From Coriobacteriia bacterium (GTDB lineage Bacteria > Actinomycetota > Coriobacteriia > Anaerosomatales > PALSA-660), in assembly GCA_025361335.1 (NCBI GenBank), contig JANYAK010000002.1, positions 1,060-65,059 on the forward strand: 64,000 nt of DNA, written 5' to 3'. The position numbers and the translations under genes were made by a program. Below are positions 36,761 through 44,649 of this stretch, in pieces; position 1 is the first letter of the stretch; the number at the start of each line of letters is the position of its first letter. The notes under the pieces were generated by a model. That model ran no database searches. It was not told the DNA's origin and saw nothing but the letters and a program-made list of their open reading frames with translations.

Positions 36761-39700
36761 TCACTTCCAGAACGGGACCTCGGACCACGTGCCGCCGCCG
36801 ACCGCTGTGCGACCAGCAACGGGGTTGTCCGCGACACCCTCAGAGGTGCCACCGGTGTCGGAGTGCGTGAGACCGGCGGACGTGCAAGCGGTGCAGTTGT
36901 TCTGGATCGCCTCACTAGAATACAGGGCGTTGGGGCTCGTGTCGGGAAGCCACTCGGAACCTGTGGCCGTGTCGTCCCAGAGTCCCCACTTCGTCCCGTT
37001 GACACTGTCGTTCGCCTGGAAGGCCGTAGCCGGACCGATCACGAGCTCCTTGAGCGCCGTGCCGGTGGCAGCGATCTTCTCGAGATGGGATGAATACGTC
37101 TTGGCGCTGTTGTTCACGACCACACCCGCGACGGGGTCGACCTCGTTGGCGCCGTTGGTGGTGCCGTTCGGGATGACCGTGCCGACCTGGGCGTAGGTAC
37201 CCGAACCGCCACCCTGCCAGCCCCAGTTACCGCCTGGAACTGCCATGTTCGGGCTGGTGCTGAGCCGGTCGGAACCACTCGACAACCAGTAGTTCGGCAG
37301 GTACCACTGCACCTTGTACGGCGCCGGGTCGGACTCGTACACCAGCAGGCGGGGACGCTTCCAGCCGTGCGGGATGGCGATGTGGCACGAGACGCAGTTG
37401 GCCTGGCCCGTCACCATGTCCGCGTGGTGCTCCATGTGCGCCTCGTTCGAGAAGCCCATGTAGTTCATGTTGTTGCTGCGGAACCCGCGACCATTGCCTT
37501 CGATGCCGAGGCCCTGGAACGAGTTCGTGAGCTTGTGGCACTTCTGGCAGATGAAGCGGCCGGTCTTGACGCCCGCCGAGTAACCGTTGCTGGGATTGGC
37601 CGTCGCCTTGTAGAAGCCACCAGGAAGGACCGTGGCGACGGATGCCGGCACACCGGCGACCGTCTCGGTAGTGATGTTGTCCGGACCCATGTTCACGTAC
37701 GAACCGTACTTGCTGTAGTACGGGTTCGCTGTGCCGCGCGTGGTCTCTATGCTGCGCATGCCGGTCGGGTCGAAACTGGTGATCTCAGCCCGTGTCCAGT
37801 CGTCCGGGAAGTTCGGATCGAGGCCTACCGCGCCCACGTTGGCGCCCTGAGGGCCCATGCTCGAATCGAGGTTGGTGTGGCAGTCCTGGCATCTGACGAC
37901 ACTGCCCCATCCAACGTCCGTGCGGATCATGGACGGTGTGAGACCCTTGCCCGCCAGCGCGGCCGCAGGTGCGTCGGTCGGGTTGAGCGAATAGGAGCCG
38001 TCGACCGTGCCATTCAGTGCCAAGCCCTTGCTGTCGCTCCAGAACACGCCGGACGTCGGAAGCGGCCACTCCTGCGTGATCGTTTCCTCGGCGCTGCTCT
38101 TGACGACGACGCCTTCAGTACCGTTCCACAGGGTCTTGGCTCCGATGGTCGGGAAGCCCTGAGCGTTGTGGCCTGATGCCACCGGACCGGTCTTGGAGCC
38201 GAACGCGTGCGGCGCGTACGTCCTGCCGTTGTGGCAATCCGCGCACTCGGCGGTACCCGCCGCCAGCAGCGGCGTCATCTCGCCGCGGAGGTAGGACGTC
38301 GTGTGACAGAAGCACCCGAGTGCCGTATGCACGGTCGGGAGATCGGTACCGTGACACGTGGTGCAGGCGGAACTGTTCGCGCCTGTGGCGTTCCTGTGGA
38401 CGAACCCGTGGAAGGTCTCCAGGTCAGGATGGCATGTCCCGCATGCGATCTGGGTGGGCACGACTCCAGGCGTCGTATGGCATACCGCGCAACCGGGAGG
38501 ATCATCGCCCGTCAGGTGCAGGAGACTCTTGTCGCTGGAGTTGTGGCACGCCGTGACAAAGCAGGAACCCGAGATGGCATGTCCCACGTTGCCTGCGGCG
38601 TGAACCGTAGCGTAGCTGATATGGCAGGACTCGCACGTGGCGTTCGCGCCGTCGACGACGTTATCGGTGAGCGTGACGCTCACGAAACGGTTGGCGGTCG
38701 GCGCGTGGCACGCCGCGCAGGTCTTGTGGACGGTCGGTGTGACCAGAGAGGTGCCGTGGCACGCAGCCTGGGTGCACTTGAAGTCGCCAGTGCTGGTGCT
38801 CGGGATCACCGCGTGGTTACCGTGCGGGCCAAGGGCGCCATGGCACGTGATGCAGTTGCTGCGCGGCGTGACCCCGTTGGCGTGGCACACTCGGCAGCCT
38901 GACGTCGTGGCCGTCTTCGCGGGCGGGCCCTCGTGGATCGTCGCGAGGTCACCGTCGGCGTGGCAACCTGACTGGGTGCATGTCAGGGCAGGCAGCGCGT
39001 GAGCGACGGTCGTACCAGCATGCGGGTACGAGTCGATGGCACCGGTCGTGTAGAAGTGGCAGTCGATGCACGAATCTGATCCGGCCGAGATGGCTGCCAT
39101 GACCTGCGGATTGGTGCTCTCGTGGCACGTGATGCAGTTCAGGTACGGCCCGGGGCCGACCGGCCAGCGATAGTGCTCCTGCGTGAGCGACGAAAGGTGA
39201 CAGCCGCTCTGTGTGCAGAACCTGGTCGTGGAGACGTGCCAAGGCATGTCCGTGAGGGTGACGGTGAAAGAGACCGTGTGGTGCGGTGTCTCAGTATTGC
39301 CGGCCGCGTCCACGGACCAGAACTCGAGGATATGGACATCGAGGCCGTTCGTGGTGACCAGCCCGCCGGTCCCCGGGAGTCCGTCGAGTATCCAGTTGAT
39401 CCTCGCCACGCCCGAGCCGCCGAGGTTGTCCGTCGCGGTCAGATGGATGATGGCTGTGAGGAAGTACCTGGGTACGACGTCGGATGTCGTGGTCGGGGCG
39501 ACGGTGTCGCTGCCGATCGGGCCCGCGAGATAGAAGACAGGGCCTTCGAAGCGGTACGTTGCCGACAGTGAGGCTATGACTTGGTCCTTCTCGGCCGCAT
39601 TCGCCGTGAAGAAGTGGGTTCCGTTCCTCAAGTTGAGGAATCGGAACACCGGCGTCGAGGCGACCGGATCGAGCGAGACGTCGTAGTAGGAGATGCCCTC

Positions 39701-40066
39701 TGGGCGGAACGCGGGCAGATTCGCCAAGATGTAGGCTCTCTCCCCCTCGTTCGCCGTGTAGAAATGCTCTCCGGTCGCCAGATTGAAGAAGCGGTAGACC
39801 GGCATGTTGTTGCGGGGGTTGTCCGTATCGACGTACCAGCCGACCCCCTCGAAGCGGTAGGACGCGGAGAGGGTCGCTATGACCTGGTCCTTCTCCGCCG
39901 CATTCGCCGTGTAGAAGTGCGATCCGTTCGAGATGTTGAAGAACCGATACACAGGCAGGATGCCTGCCGCGTGCGCGACGCCTGGAAGGCCCAAGGCCAA
40001 CACCAGGACAGCAACGAACGCGCCGAGCCACAGGGCCCGGCTGGGCCGAACAGATTCTCTACTCAT
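36761..40066 (-). CDS. Large secreted multihaem cytochrome c with N-terminal DUF5648-type repeats and an Ig-like domain
   Basis: Start MSRESVRPSRALWLGAFVAVLVLALGLPGVAHA (signal peptide; GAGGGAG RBS). Three repeats of PV(Y/F)RF(F/L)N...G.HF(Y/F)TAN..E. Ig-like GSGVARINWILDG...FWSVDAAGNTE. 13 CXXCH, 4 CX4CH (CTQSGCH x2, CTQAACH, CFVTACH) and one CFCH. Confidence 0.9.
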   Translation of the reverse strand: MSRESVRPSRALWLGAFVAVLVLALGLPGVAHAAGILPVYRFFNISNGSHFYTANAAEKDQVIATLSASYRFEGVGWYVDTDNPRNNMPVYRFFNLATGEHFYTANEGERAYILANLPAFRPEGISYYDVSLDPVASTPVFRFLNLRNGTHFFTANAAEKDQVIASLSATYRFEGPVFYLAGPIGSDTVAPTTTSDVVPRYFLTAIIHLTATDNLGGSGVARINWILDGLPGTGGLVTTNGLDVHILEFWSVDAAGNTETPHHTVSFTVTLTDMPWHVSTTRFCTQSGCHLSSLTQEHYRWPVGPGPYLNCITCHESTNPQVMAAISAGSDSCIDCHFYTTGAIDSYPHAGTTVAHALPALTCTQSGCHADGDLATIHEGPPAKTATTSGCRVCHANGVTPRSNCITCHGALGPHGNHAVIPSTSTGDFKCTQAACHGTSLVTPTVHKTCAACHAPTANRFVSVTLTDNVVDGANATCESCHISYATVHAAGNVGHAISGSCFVTACHNSSDKSLLHLTGDDPPGCAVCHTTPGVVPTQIACGTCHPDLETFHGFVHRNATGANSSACTTCHGTDLPTVHTALGCFCHTTSYLRGEMTPLLAAGTAECADCHNGRTYAPHAFGSKTGPVASGHNAQGFPTIGAKTLWNGTEGVVVKSSAEETITQEWPLPTSGVFWSDSKGLALNGTVDGSYSLNPTDAPAAALAGKGLTPSMIRTDVGWGSVVRCQDCHTNLDSSMGPQGANVGAVGLDPNFPDDWTRAEITSFDPTGMRSIETTRGTANPYYSKYGSYVNMGPDNITTETVAGVPASVATVLPGGFYKATANPSNGYSAGVKTGRFICQKCHKLTNSFQGLGIEGNGRGFRSNNMNYMGFSNEAHMEHHADMVTGQANCVSCHIAIPHGWKRPRLLVYESDPAPYKVQWYLPNYWLSSGSDRLSTSPNMAVPGGNWGWQGGGSGTYAQVGTVIPNGTTNGANEVDPVAGVVVNNSAKTYSSHLEKIAATGTALKELVIGPATAFQANDSVNGTKWGLWDDTATGSEWLPDTSPNALYSSEAIQNNCTACTSAGLTHSDTGGTSEGVADNPVAGRTAVGGGTWSEVPFWK

Positions 40067-40148
40067 CTGGCACTCCCTCAACCGTCGCAACGTATACTTG
40101 AACAGACCCCTTTGGTAAACACCACGCCCTTCGGCGTGGACGTTCCGG

Positions 40149-40169
40149 TCGGTAGACGGCTCGGTAGAC
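40149..40169. promoter_or_regulatory. Direct repeat TCGGTAGAC-N3-TCGGTAGAC upstream of the giant cytochrome gene
   Basis: Perfect 9-bp copies at 40149-40157 and 40161-40169 (12-bp period), ~85-100 nt upstream of the start at 40066. The geometry resembles a tandem response-regulator half-site. No regulator was identified. Confidence 0.35.
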
Positions 40170-40380
40170 AGGTTGATTATCGGCTCGTGAGCGATATCTC
40201 AAGCAGGGGGTGCGGGCGGGTTTCGGACAGACGGCATTCGGCGTGACCGCCAGGGAGAGGTGGCGTCGGTCACGATTTCGGGGGGAATGCGGGTCGGGCG
40301 GCACGTGCGTCGCCACTGCGAAGAACTTGCCGGGGTGACAGTGGGGTGCGCCTACGCCCGCCGTCGCGGGGGCGAGACCG

Positions 40381-41046
40381 TCAGATCTCGGGCTGCTGTG
40401 CGGCCTTCCCTCGCCTGTGCGCCAGGTATTCCCATGTGGCCGGGATGAGCGACACGAGCACCACGGCGACCAGGACGAGGCTGAGGTTGTTCTCCACGAA
40501 GGGCACGCTGCCGAACATGTAGCCGCCGCCGAACGCGATCGCGACCCACAGGATGCCGCCCACGACGTTGTAGCCAAGGAAGTGGCCATAGTCCATCTCG
40601 CCGACGCCCGCGAGGAACGGGGCGAAGGTCCTCACGAAGGGGACGAAGCGCCCAAGCACGATGGTCTTGCCGCCGTACCGTTCGAAGAAGTGGTGGGTGC
40701 GGTCGAGGTACTCCTTCTTGAGGATCCGGCTGTCGGGATTGCGAAGCATGCGCGGACCAAGCTTTCGCCCGATCCAGTAGTTCGCAGTGTCACCCGCGAT
40801 GGCCGCCACGCACAGAAGCGCGAACAGCAGCCAAGGATCCATCCCCGAGCCCGCGCTGCTCGTGACCGCGCCGGCGGCGAACAGGAGGGACTCACCCGGC
40901 AGGAACGGGGTCACCACGAGACCCGTCTCGCAGAAGATCACGAGGAACAGAATCCCGTACATCCACAGGCCGTAGACCGAGATGACGCCCGTCAGCCACG
41001 CCTTCGGATCCCGGAGGAACGCTATGAACCCTTCGACGAGCTGCAT
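40381..41046 (-). CDS. DedA/VTT-family membrane protein
   Basis: 221 aa. Contains LFLVIFCETGLVVTPFLPGESLLFAAG...RFVP.VRTFAP..AG, the DedA signature. Confidence 0.88.
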   Translation of the reverse strand: MQLVEGFIAFLRDPKAWLTGVISVYGLWMYGILFLVIFCETGLVVTPFLPGESLLFAAGAVTSSAGSGMDPWLLFALLCVAAIAGDTANYWIGRKLGPRMLRNPDSRILKKEYLDRTHHFFERYGGKTIVLGRFVPFVRTFAPFLAGVGEMDYGHFLGYNVVGGILWVAIAFGGGYMFGSVPFVENNLSLVLVAVVLVSLIPATWEYLAHRRGKAAQQPEI

Positions 41047-41082
41047 CGGCGATCCGTCCTGTCGTGGTGACCCGAAGTGCCT

Positions 41083-41457
41083 CTAGGCGATCGGAGGGTA
41101 CTGCTCGTGGATGCGGTCGATCTGGGACCGCCACGCGGCGCGCCTGTCGGAGACGTCCCACCCCTGCCGGGCCGCGTGAGCGAAGTATCCTTCACCCGGC
41201 AGGCCCGTGTCCTTGCGGGTGACGAGCGAGGCGAGCACCGTGCCGTGCGCGGCATCCTCATCGAGGCAGATCTGGTCGAGGAACGCGACCATCGCGAATG
41301 AGTACGGGCGCAGCGCGACCGCGGTGACCTCCCGGCACAAGTCCGAGTAGGTCGTGGTGACGCGTCGCCGAGCGCACCGGATCAGGAAAGACGTCGCCTG
41401 TTCCCGGGCCAGGGCCCAGTCGGCGGCGGGGAATCCGTATACGGTGTCGCGCGGCAT
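41083..41457 (-). CDS. Hypothetical protein
   Basis: 124-aa ORF with plausible codon usage. No motif recognised. Confidence 0.45.
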   Translation of the reverse strand: MPRDTVYGFPAADWALAREQATSFLIRCARRRVTTTYSDLCREVTAVALRPYSFAMVAFLDQICLDEDAAHGTVLASLVTRKDTGLPGEGYFAHAARQGWDVSDRRAAWRSQIDRIHEQYPPIA

Positions 41458-41550
41458 TGGCCGAGTATGCCACAGCAGTCCGCGGCGCGCGTGTTCCCCA
41501 TCCGTCGCCCTCGCGGCGACGCCGGGATATCATCATCGACAGGAGGAGCG

Positions 41551-41916
41551 ATGACTGACGGGGAGCACGTCGACATACCTGAGACCGACGAGGCCCTGCT
41601 CGCGCAGTGCCGCGTGCGCGCCTTCCGTGCGACGGGTCCAGGCGGTCAAGGGGTGAACACCACGGACAGCGCGGTCCGCATCGTGCACCTGCCCACCGGC
41701 GTCACGGTGACCTGCCGGCGCGAGCGCAGCCAGCTTCTCAACAAGCGCACGTGCATAGAGCGATTGCGCGAGCGCCTGGAAAGCCTCAACGAAGTGCAGA
41801 CGCCCCGCGTGCCCACGAAGGAACCCAGGAGCGTGAAGCGCCGGATCGTTGATGCGAAGGTTCGGCGGGGTGCGATCAAGCGCTCCCGACGCCCGCCGTC
41901 TGCCGCCGACGAATGA
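41551..41916 (+). CDS. arfB: Alternative ribosome-rescue factor ArfB (peptidyl-tRNA hydrolase, GGQ domain + basic tail)
   Basis: ATG follows AGGAGGAGCG. Contains GPGGQGVNTTDSAVRIVHLPTG..V.C...RSQ..N and a Lys/Arg-rich C-terminal tail, with no stop-codon-recognition domain. Confidence 0.85.
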   Translation: MTDGEHVDIPETDEALLAQCRVRAFRATGPGGQGVNTTDSAVRIVHLPTGVTVTCRRERSQLLNKRTCIERLRERLESLNEVQTPRVPTKEPRSVKRRIVDAKVRRGAIKRSRRPPSAADE

Positions 41917-41950
41917 CCGTGGCGCGCCGCGGCGCGCCGAGAACGGATCA

Positions 41951-41977
41951 GGCCCGAGCGACGACGTCGCTCGGGCC
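41951..41977. terminator. Hairpin between convergent arfB and ssrA
   Basis: GGCCCGAGCGA-CGACG-TCGCTCGGGCC, perfect 11-bp arms. No clear U-tract. Confidence 0.45.
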
Positions 41978-41991
41978 TCATCGTGATCGTC

Positions 41992-42340
41992 TGGTGGAGG
42001 CGCGGAGAATCGAACTCCGGTCCACGACACACACTCGGGAAGCATCTCCAGGCTCAGTCGCCGGTTGTTTTCTCGGCTCGGACGACACCGGTGACCCGCG
42101 TGTCCGATGCCCAGGAGGATTGCATTCCCTTACGGCATACCTCCGTCAGCCGTTCAGTAGTCCCCTGCATGACGTCGTATCCGGTACCGGGGACGTGTAC
42201 CGGGCGGCGTCGCGGCCTATCTAGGCAGCGAGAGCGAGATCATTGTTGGCGCTTGCGCGTCTTTTCCCCTGTTTAGCGAGGCGAGGAGACCTCGGCCTGC
42301 TTCTTCCGTCATACGTATCGTGTCGAATCCAGTCGCCCCC
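41992..42340 (-). ncRNA. ssrA: tmRNA (SsrA)
   Basis: Minus-strand 5' end GGGGGCGACTGGATTCGACACG and 3' end CGGAGTTCGATTCTCCGCGCCTCCACCA form a tRNA-Ala-like acceptor with G3:U. An internal tag reading frame ends ...GCC AAC AAT GAT CTC GCT CTC GCT GCC TAG (ANNDLALAA*). Confidence 0.92.
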
Positions 42341-42439
42341 ACGTGGGGCGCACCCGACGATGTCAACGTGCGCTCCGCCCATGTCGCGGCGGACACACAG
42401 TATAAGGCGCGAGCGGGACCCGCGCCACGGACCAGCGGC

Positions 42440-42495
42440 TTGACACTCCCGGGTCCGGGTACTATACGTCGTGGTGTACTACGTTATGCGTAGTA
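42440..42495 (+). promoter_or_regulatory. Putative padR promoter (TTGACA-N17-TATACG) and inverted repeat TACTACG-N5-CGTAGTA (candidate PadR operator)
   Basis: TTGACA lies at 42440-42445. The perfect 7-bp inverted repeat lies at 42477-42483 and 42489-42495, 15 nt upstream of the GTG start. Confidence 0.4.
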
Positions 42496-42510
42496 TATAC
42501 AGGGGGTGCC

Positions 42511-42852
42511 GTGGACGTCTTCGCTTCGTGGCTCGCGCAGGCCCGCAAAGGGATCGTCGAGCTGTTCGTGCTCGAACTGCTCAGAAGCCGCGGCCGTATG
42601 CATGGATACGGGATCGTGCAGGCCCTCGACGAGCTGGGAGACCTCGTCGCTGGAGTAAGCACGGTCTACCCCGTCCTCAAGCGTCTTGAGTCCGACGGGC
42701 TGGTGACCGCCTCGTGGGAGACAGGTGCGCCCGGCAACCCGCGCAAGTACTATGAACTCACCTCGGATGGTGCGGCGTTCCTCGGACGAGCGCAGGCCGA
42801 GTGGCGGCGCATCGGACAGGCGATGGATGATCTGAAGGGGGACGTCGAATGA
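42511..42852 (+). CDS. PadR-family transcriptional regulator
   Basis: 113 aa. Contains ELFVLELL......HGYGI.QAL.........STVYP.L.RLE.DGLV...W.......RKYY.LT..G, the PadR winged helix. Confidence 0.9.
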   Translation: MDVFASWLAQARKGIVELFVLELLRSRGRMHGYGIVQALDELGDLVAGVSTVYPVLKRLESDGLVTASWETGAPGNPRKYYELTSDGAAFLGRAQAEWRRIGQAMDDLKGDVE

Positions 42853-43919
42853 CCCGCTCCGCATCCGACCTCATCGAGACCTATCTGAAGGACCTCCGCG
42901 GGGAGCTCGAGAGCGCCGGTGCCGTGCAGACCGACGACCTGATCGCGGAGGTGCGCTCCCTGCTTATCGACGCGGCCGGCGGTGACCCCACGCGCGCCGA
43001 CGGGGAGATCGCCCGATTCGGCGAGCCCGCTGCGCTCGCGCAGGGCATACTCGAGGAACGCGGGCTGGACCTGTCGAAAGGCATGTCGTCGGGCGTGTGG
43101 TGGAGGCTCGGCGTGGCGGCCCCGATAGACATCGCGATCGGGCTGGCGCTGCCCCTCGCGGCCGCCCTGCCGATCTATCTCTCCGCGCGCTTCGGCCAGC
43201 CACGGGCCGCGAGCATAGGCATAGCCATCGCGGCCGGGTTGGGAGTGCTGGCGTGGCCGTTCTACATATGGCGCCCGTGGCGGCGCGGCGGCCGCGCGCT
43301 GAGTCCGGGCATGACCCTCACCGGTCTCGCCGTGGTGCGAGCTCCCGGCTCGTGGCGACTCGCGCGCACGGGCGAGTTGGCGTCGATGGGGCTCGCTCCT
43401 CGACGCCGGATGGGGCTCGCCCTCGTCATCACGCTCATCGCGGCTCTCCTGCTCGCCGGCGGCTCGGCCGTCGGGCTCGACTTCAGCGGAGCATGGCTCG
43501 CGTCGGCCGCCATCTCCGCCGGCCTATCAGCCGCGCCCATCGGCGGCACGCCTCTCGAGGCGCAGTTCCAGTCCGTCGCGGACCAGGTCTACGGTGGGCT
43601 GGGCAACGCCAAGGAGATGGGTGGGCCGGCCGCCGCAATGCAATACGTGGCCATAGAAGCCGGACCGGCGCTGACGCCGCTGCGCGAGAGGATCGTCGAC
43701 AGGAAGATCGGGGCCGTGCTCGCCGGTACGCCGATCCAGGTCTCACCGGGGGTGTGGACGGTGGAAGTCGAAGAGTACCGGGAGGACGGCTCCAACCTTG
43801 AACCGGTCGGTTCGTCGACCTTCAGTTTCGGTCGGCGGCAGTGGCTTCTGGAGAAAGGCGTCGGCTCCGACTGGGTGATCGTCCGGATCGTGGTCGGATC
43901 TTCATCGACCAAGGGGTGA
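42849..43919 (+). CDS. PadR-associated membrane protein (DUF1700/HAAS-like N-terminus, multi-TM, C-terminal extracytoplasmic region)
   Basis: 4-nt overlap with padR. N-terminus IETYLKDLRGEL........DLIAEVRSLL resembles sensor partners of PadR regulators, followed by several hydrophobic helices. Confidence 0.6.
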   Translation: MTRSASDLIETYLKDLRGELESAGAVQTDDLIAEVRSLLIDAAGGDPTRADGEIARFGEPAALAQGILEERGLDLSKGMSSGVWWRLGVAAPIDIAIGLALPLAAALPIYLSARFGQPRAASIGIAIAAGLGVLAWPFYIWRPWRRGGRALSPGMTLTGLAVVRAPGSWRLARTGELASMGLAPRRRMGLALVITLIAALLLAGGSAVGLDFSGAWLASAAISAGLSAAPIGGTPLEAQFQSVADQVYGGLGNAKEMGGPAAAMQYVAIEAGPALTPLRERIVDRKIGAVLAGTPIQVSPGVWTVEVEEYREDGSNLEPVGSSTFSFGRRQWLLEKGVGSDWVIVRIVVGSSSTKG

Positions 43920-43947
43920 TGCGCTCGGCTCACGGCGGGCGCTGCAG

Positions 43948-44418
43948 CTAACGCCCCTTCTGCCGCTCCCGTAACGCCCGGTCGGCGTCACGCTTGGCGT
44001 CACGCTCGGCGATCGCGTCGCGCTTGTCGTAGAGCTTCTTGCCGCTGGCGAGCGCCAGCTCCACCTTCACCAGGTTGCTCTCGTTGAAGTAGAGCCGTAG
44101 GGGGACGAGTGCGTAGCCCTGCTCCTTCGTCTTGCCGATGAGATAGCGGATCTCCTTGCGGTGCAGCAGCAGCTTGCGCGACCGGTCGGTCTCGACGTTG
44201 CCGCGGTTGCCGTGGGAGTAGGGCGCGATATGCAGACCGTGCAGCCACACCTCCGCGCGCCGCACCGTCGCGAACGTCTCACGAAGGGACGCGCCGTTCT
44301 CACGCAAGGACTTCACTTCGGTGCCCGAGAGCGCGATACCGGTCTCGAAGCGCTCCTCCACGAAGTAGTCGTGAAAGGCCTTCTTGTTGTTCGCGATGTT
44401 CTTCTCTTCGCGAGCCAT
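43948..44418 (-). CDS. smpB: SsrA-binding protein SmpB
   Basis: From MAREEKNIANNKKAFHDYFVEERFETGIALSGTEVKSLR...LLLHRKEI. 156 aa. The track ORF upstream extension is discounted. Confidence 0.93.
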   Translation of the reverse strand: MAREEKNIANNKKAFHDYFVEERFETGIALSGTEVKSLRENGASLRETFATVRRAEVWLHGLHIAPYSHGNRGNVETDRSRKLLLHRKEIRYLIGKTKEQGYALVPLRLYFNESNLVKVELALASGKKLYDKRDAIAERDAKRDADRALRERQKGR

Positions 44419-44649
44419 GACCGCGATCCCATCCATTCGTGTCGTCCTCGCCGCCCCCGGCGGTGTCCCATTGTAGCCGAGCGCGCCGTGGAGTCCCGCG
44501 AGCGCCACGATCTGCGGTCGCCTTGCGGCGCGTGAGAGAACCCTCTCCGCAGTCTCACGCCTCGCTCATGTCCCCACCCGATGCTACCTCCAGGACGGCC
44601 CCGCGCCGGAAGGTCGTTCGGACCGCGAACCGATACCTTGGAGGCAAGA

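Noticed and set aside
40067-40090. Upstream ATG (40090) as the start of the giant cytochrome
   Set aside because: The ATG at 40066 is preceded by a GAGGGAG RBS and yields a canonical signal peptide. The 8 extra residues (MRRLRECQ) are unnecessary, though not strictly excluded.
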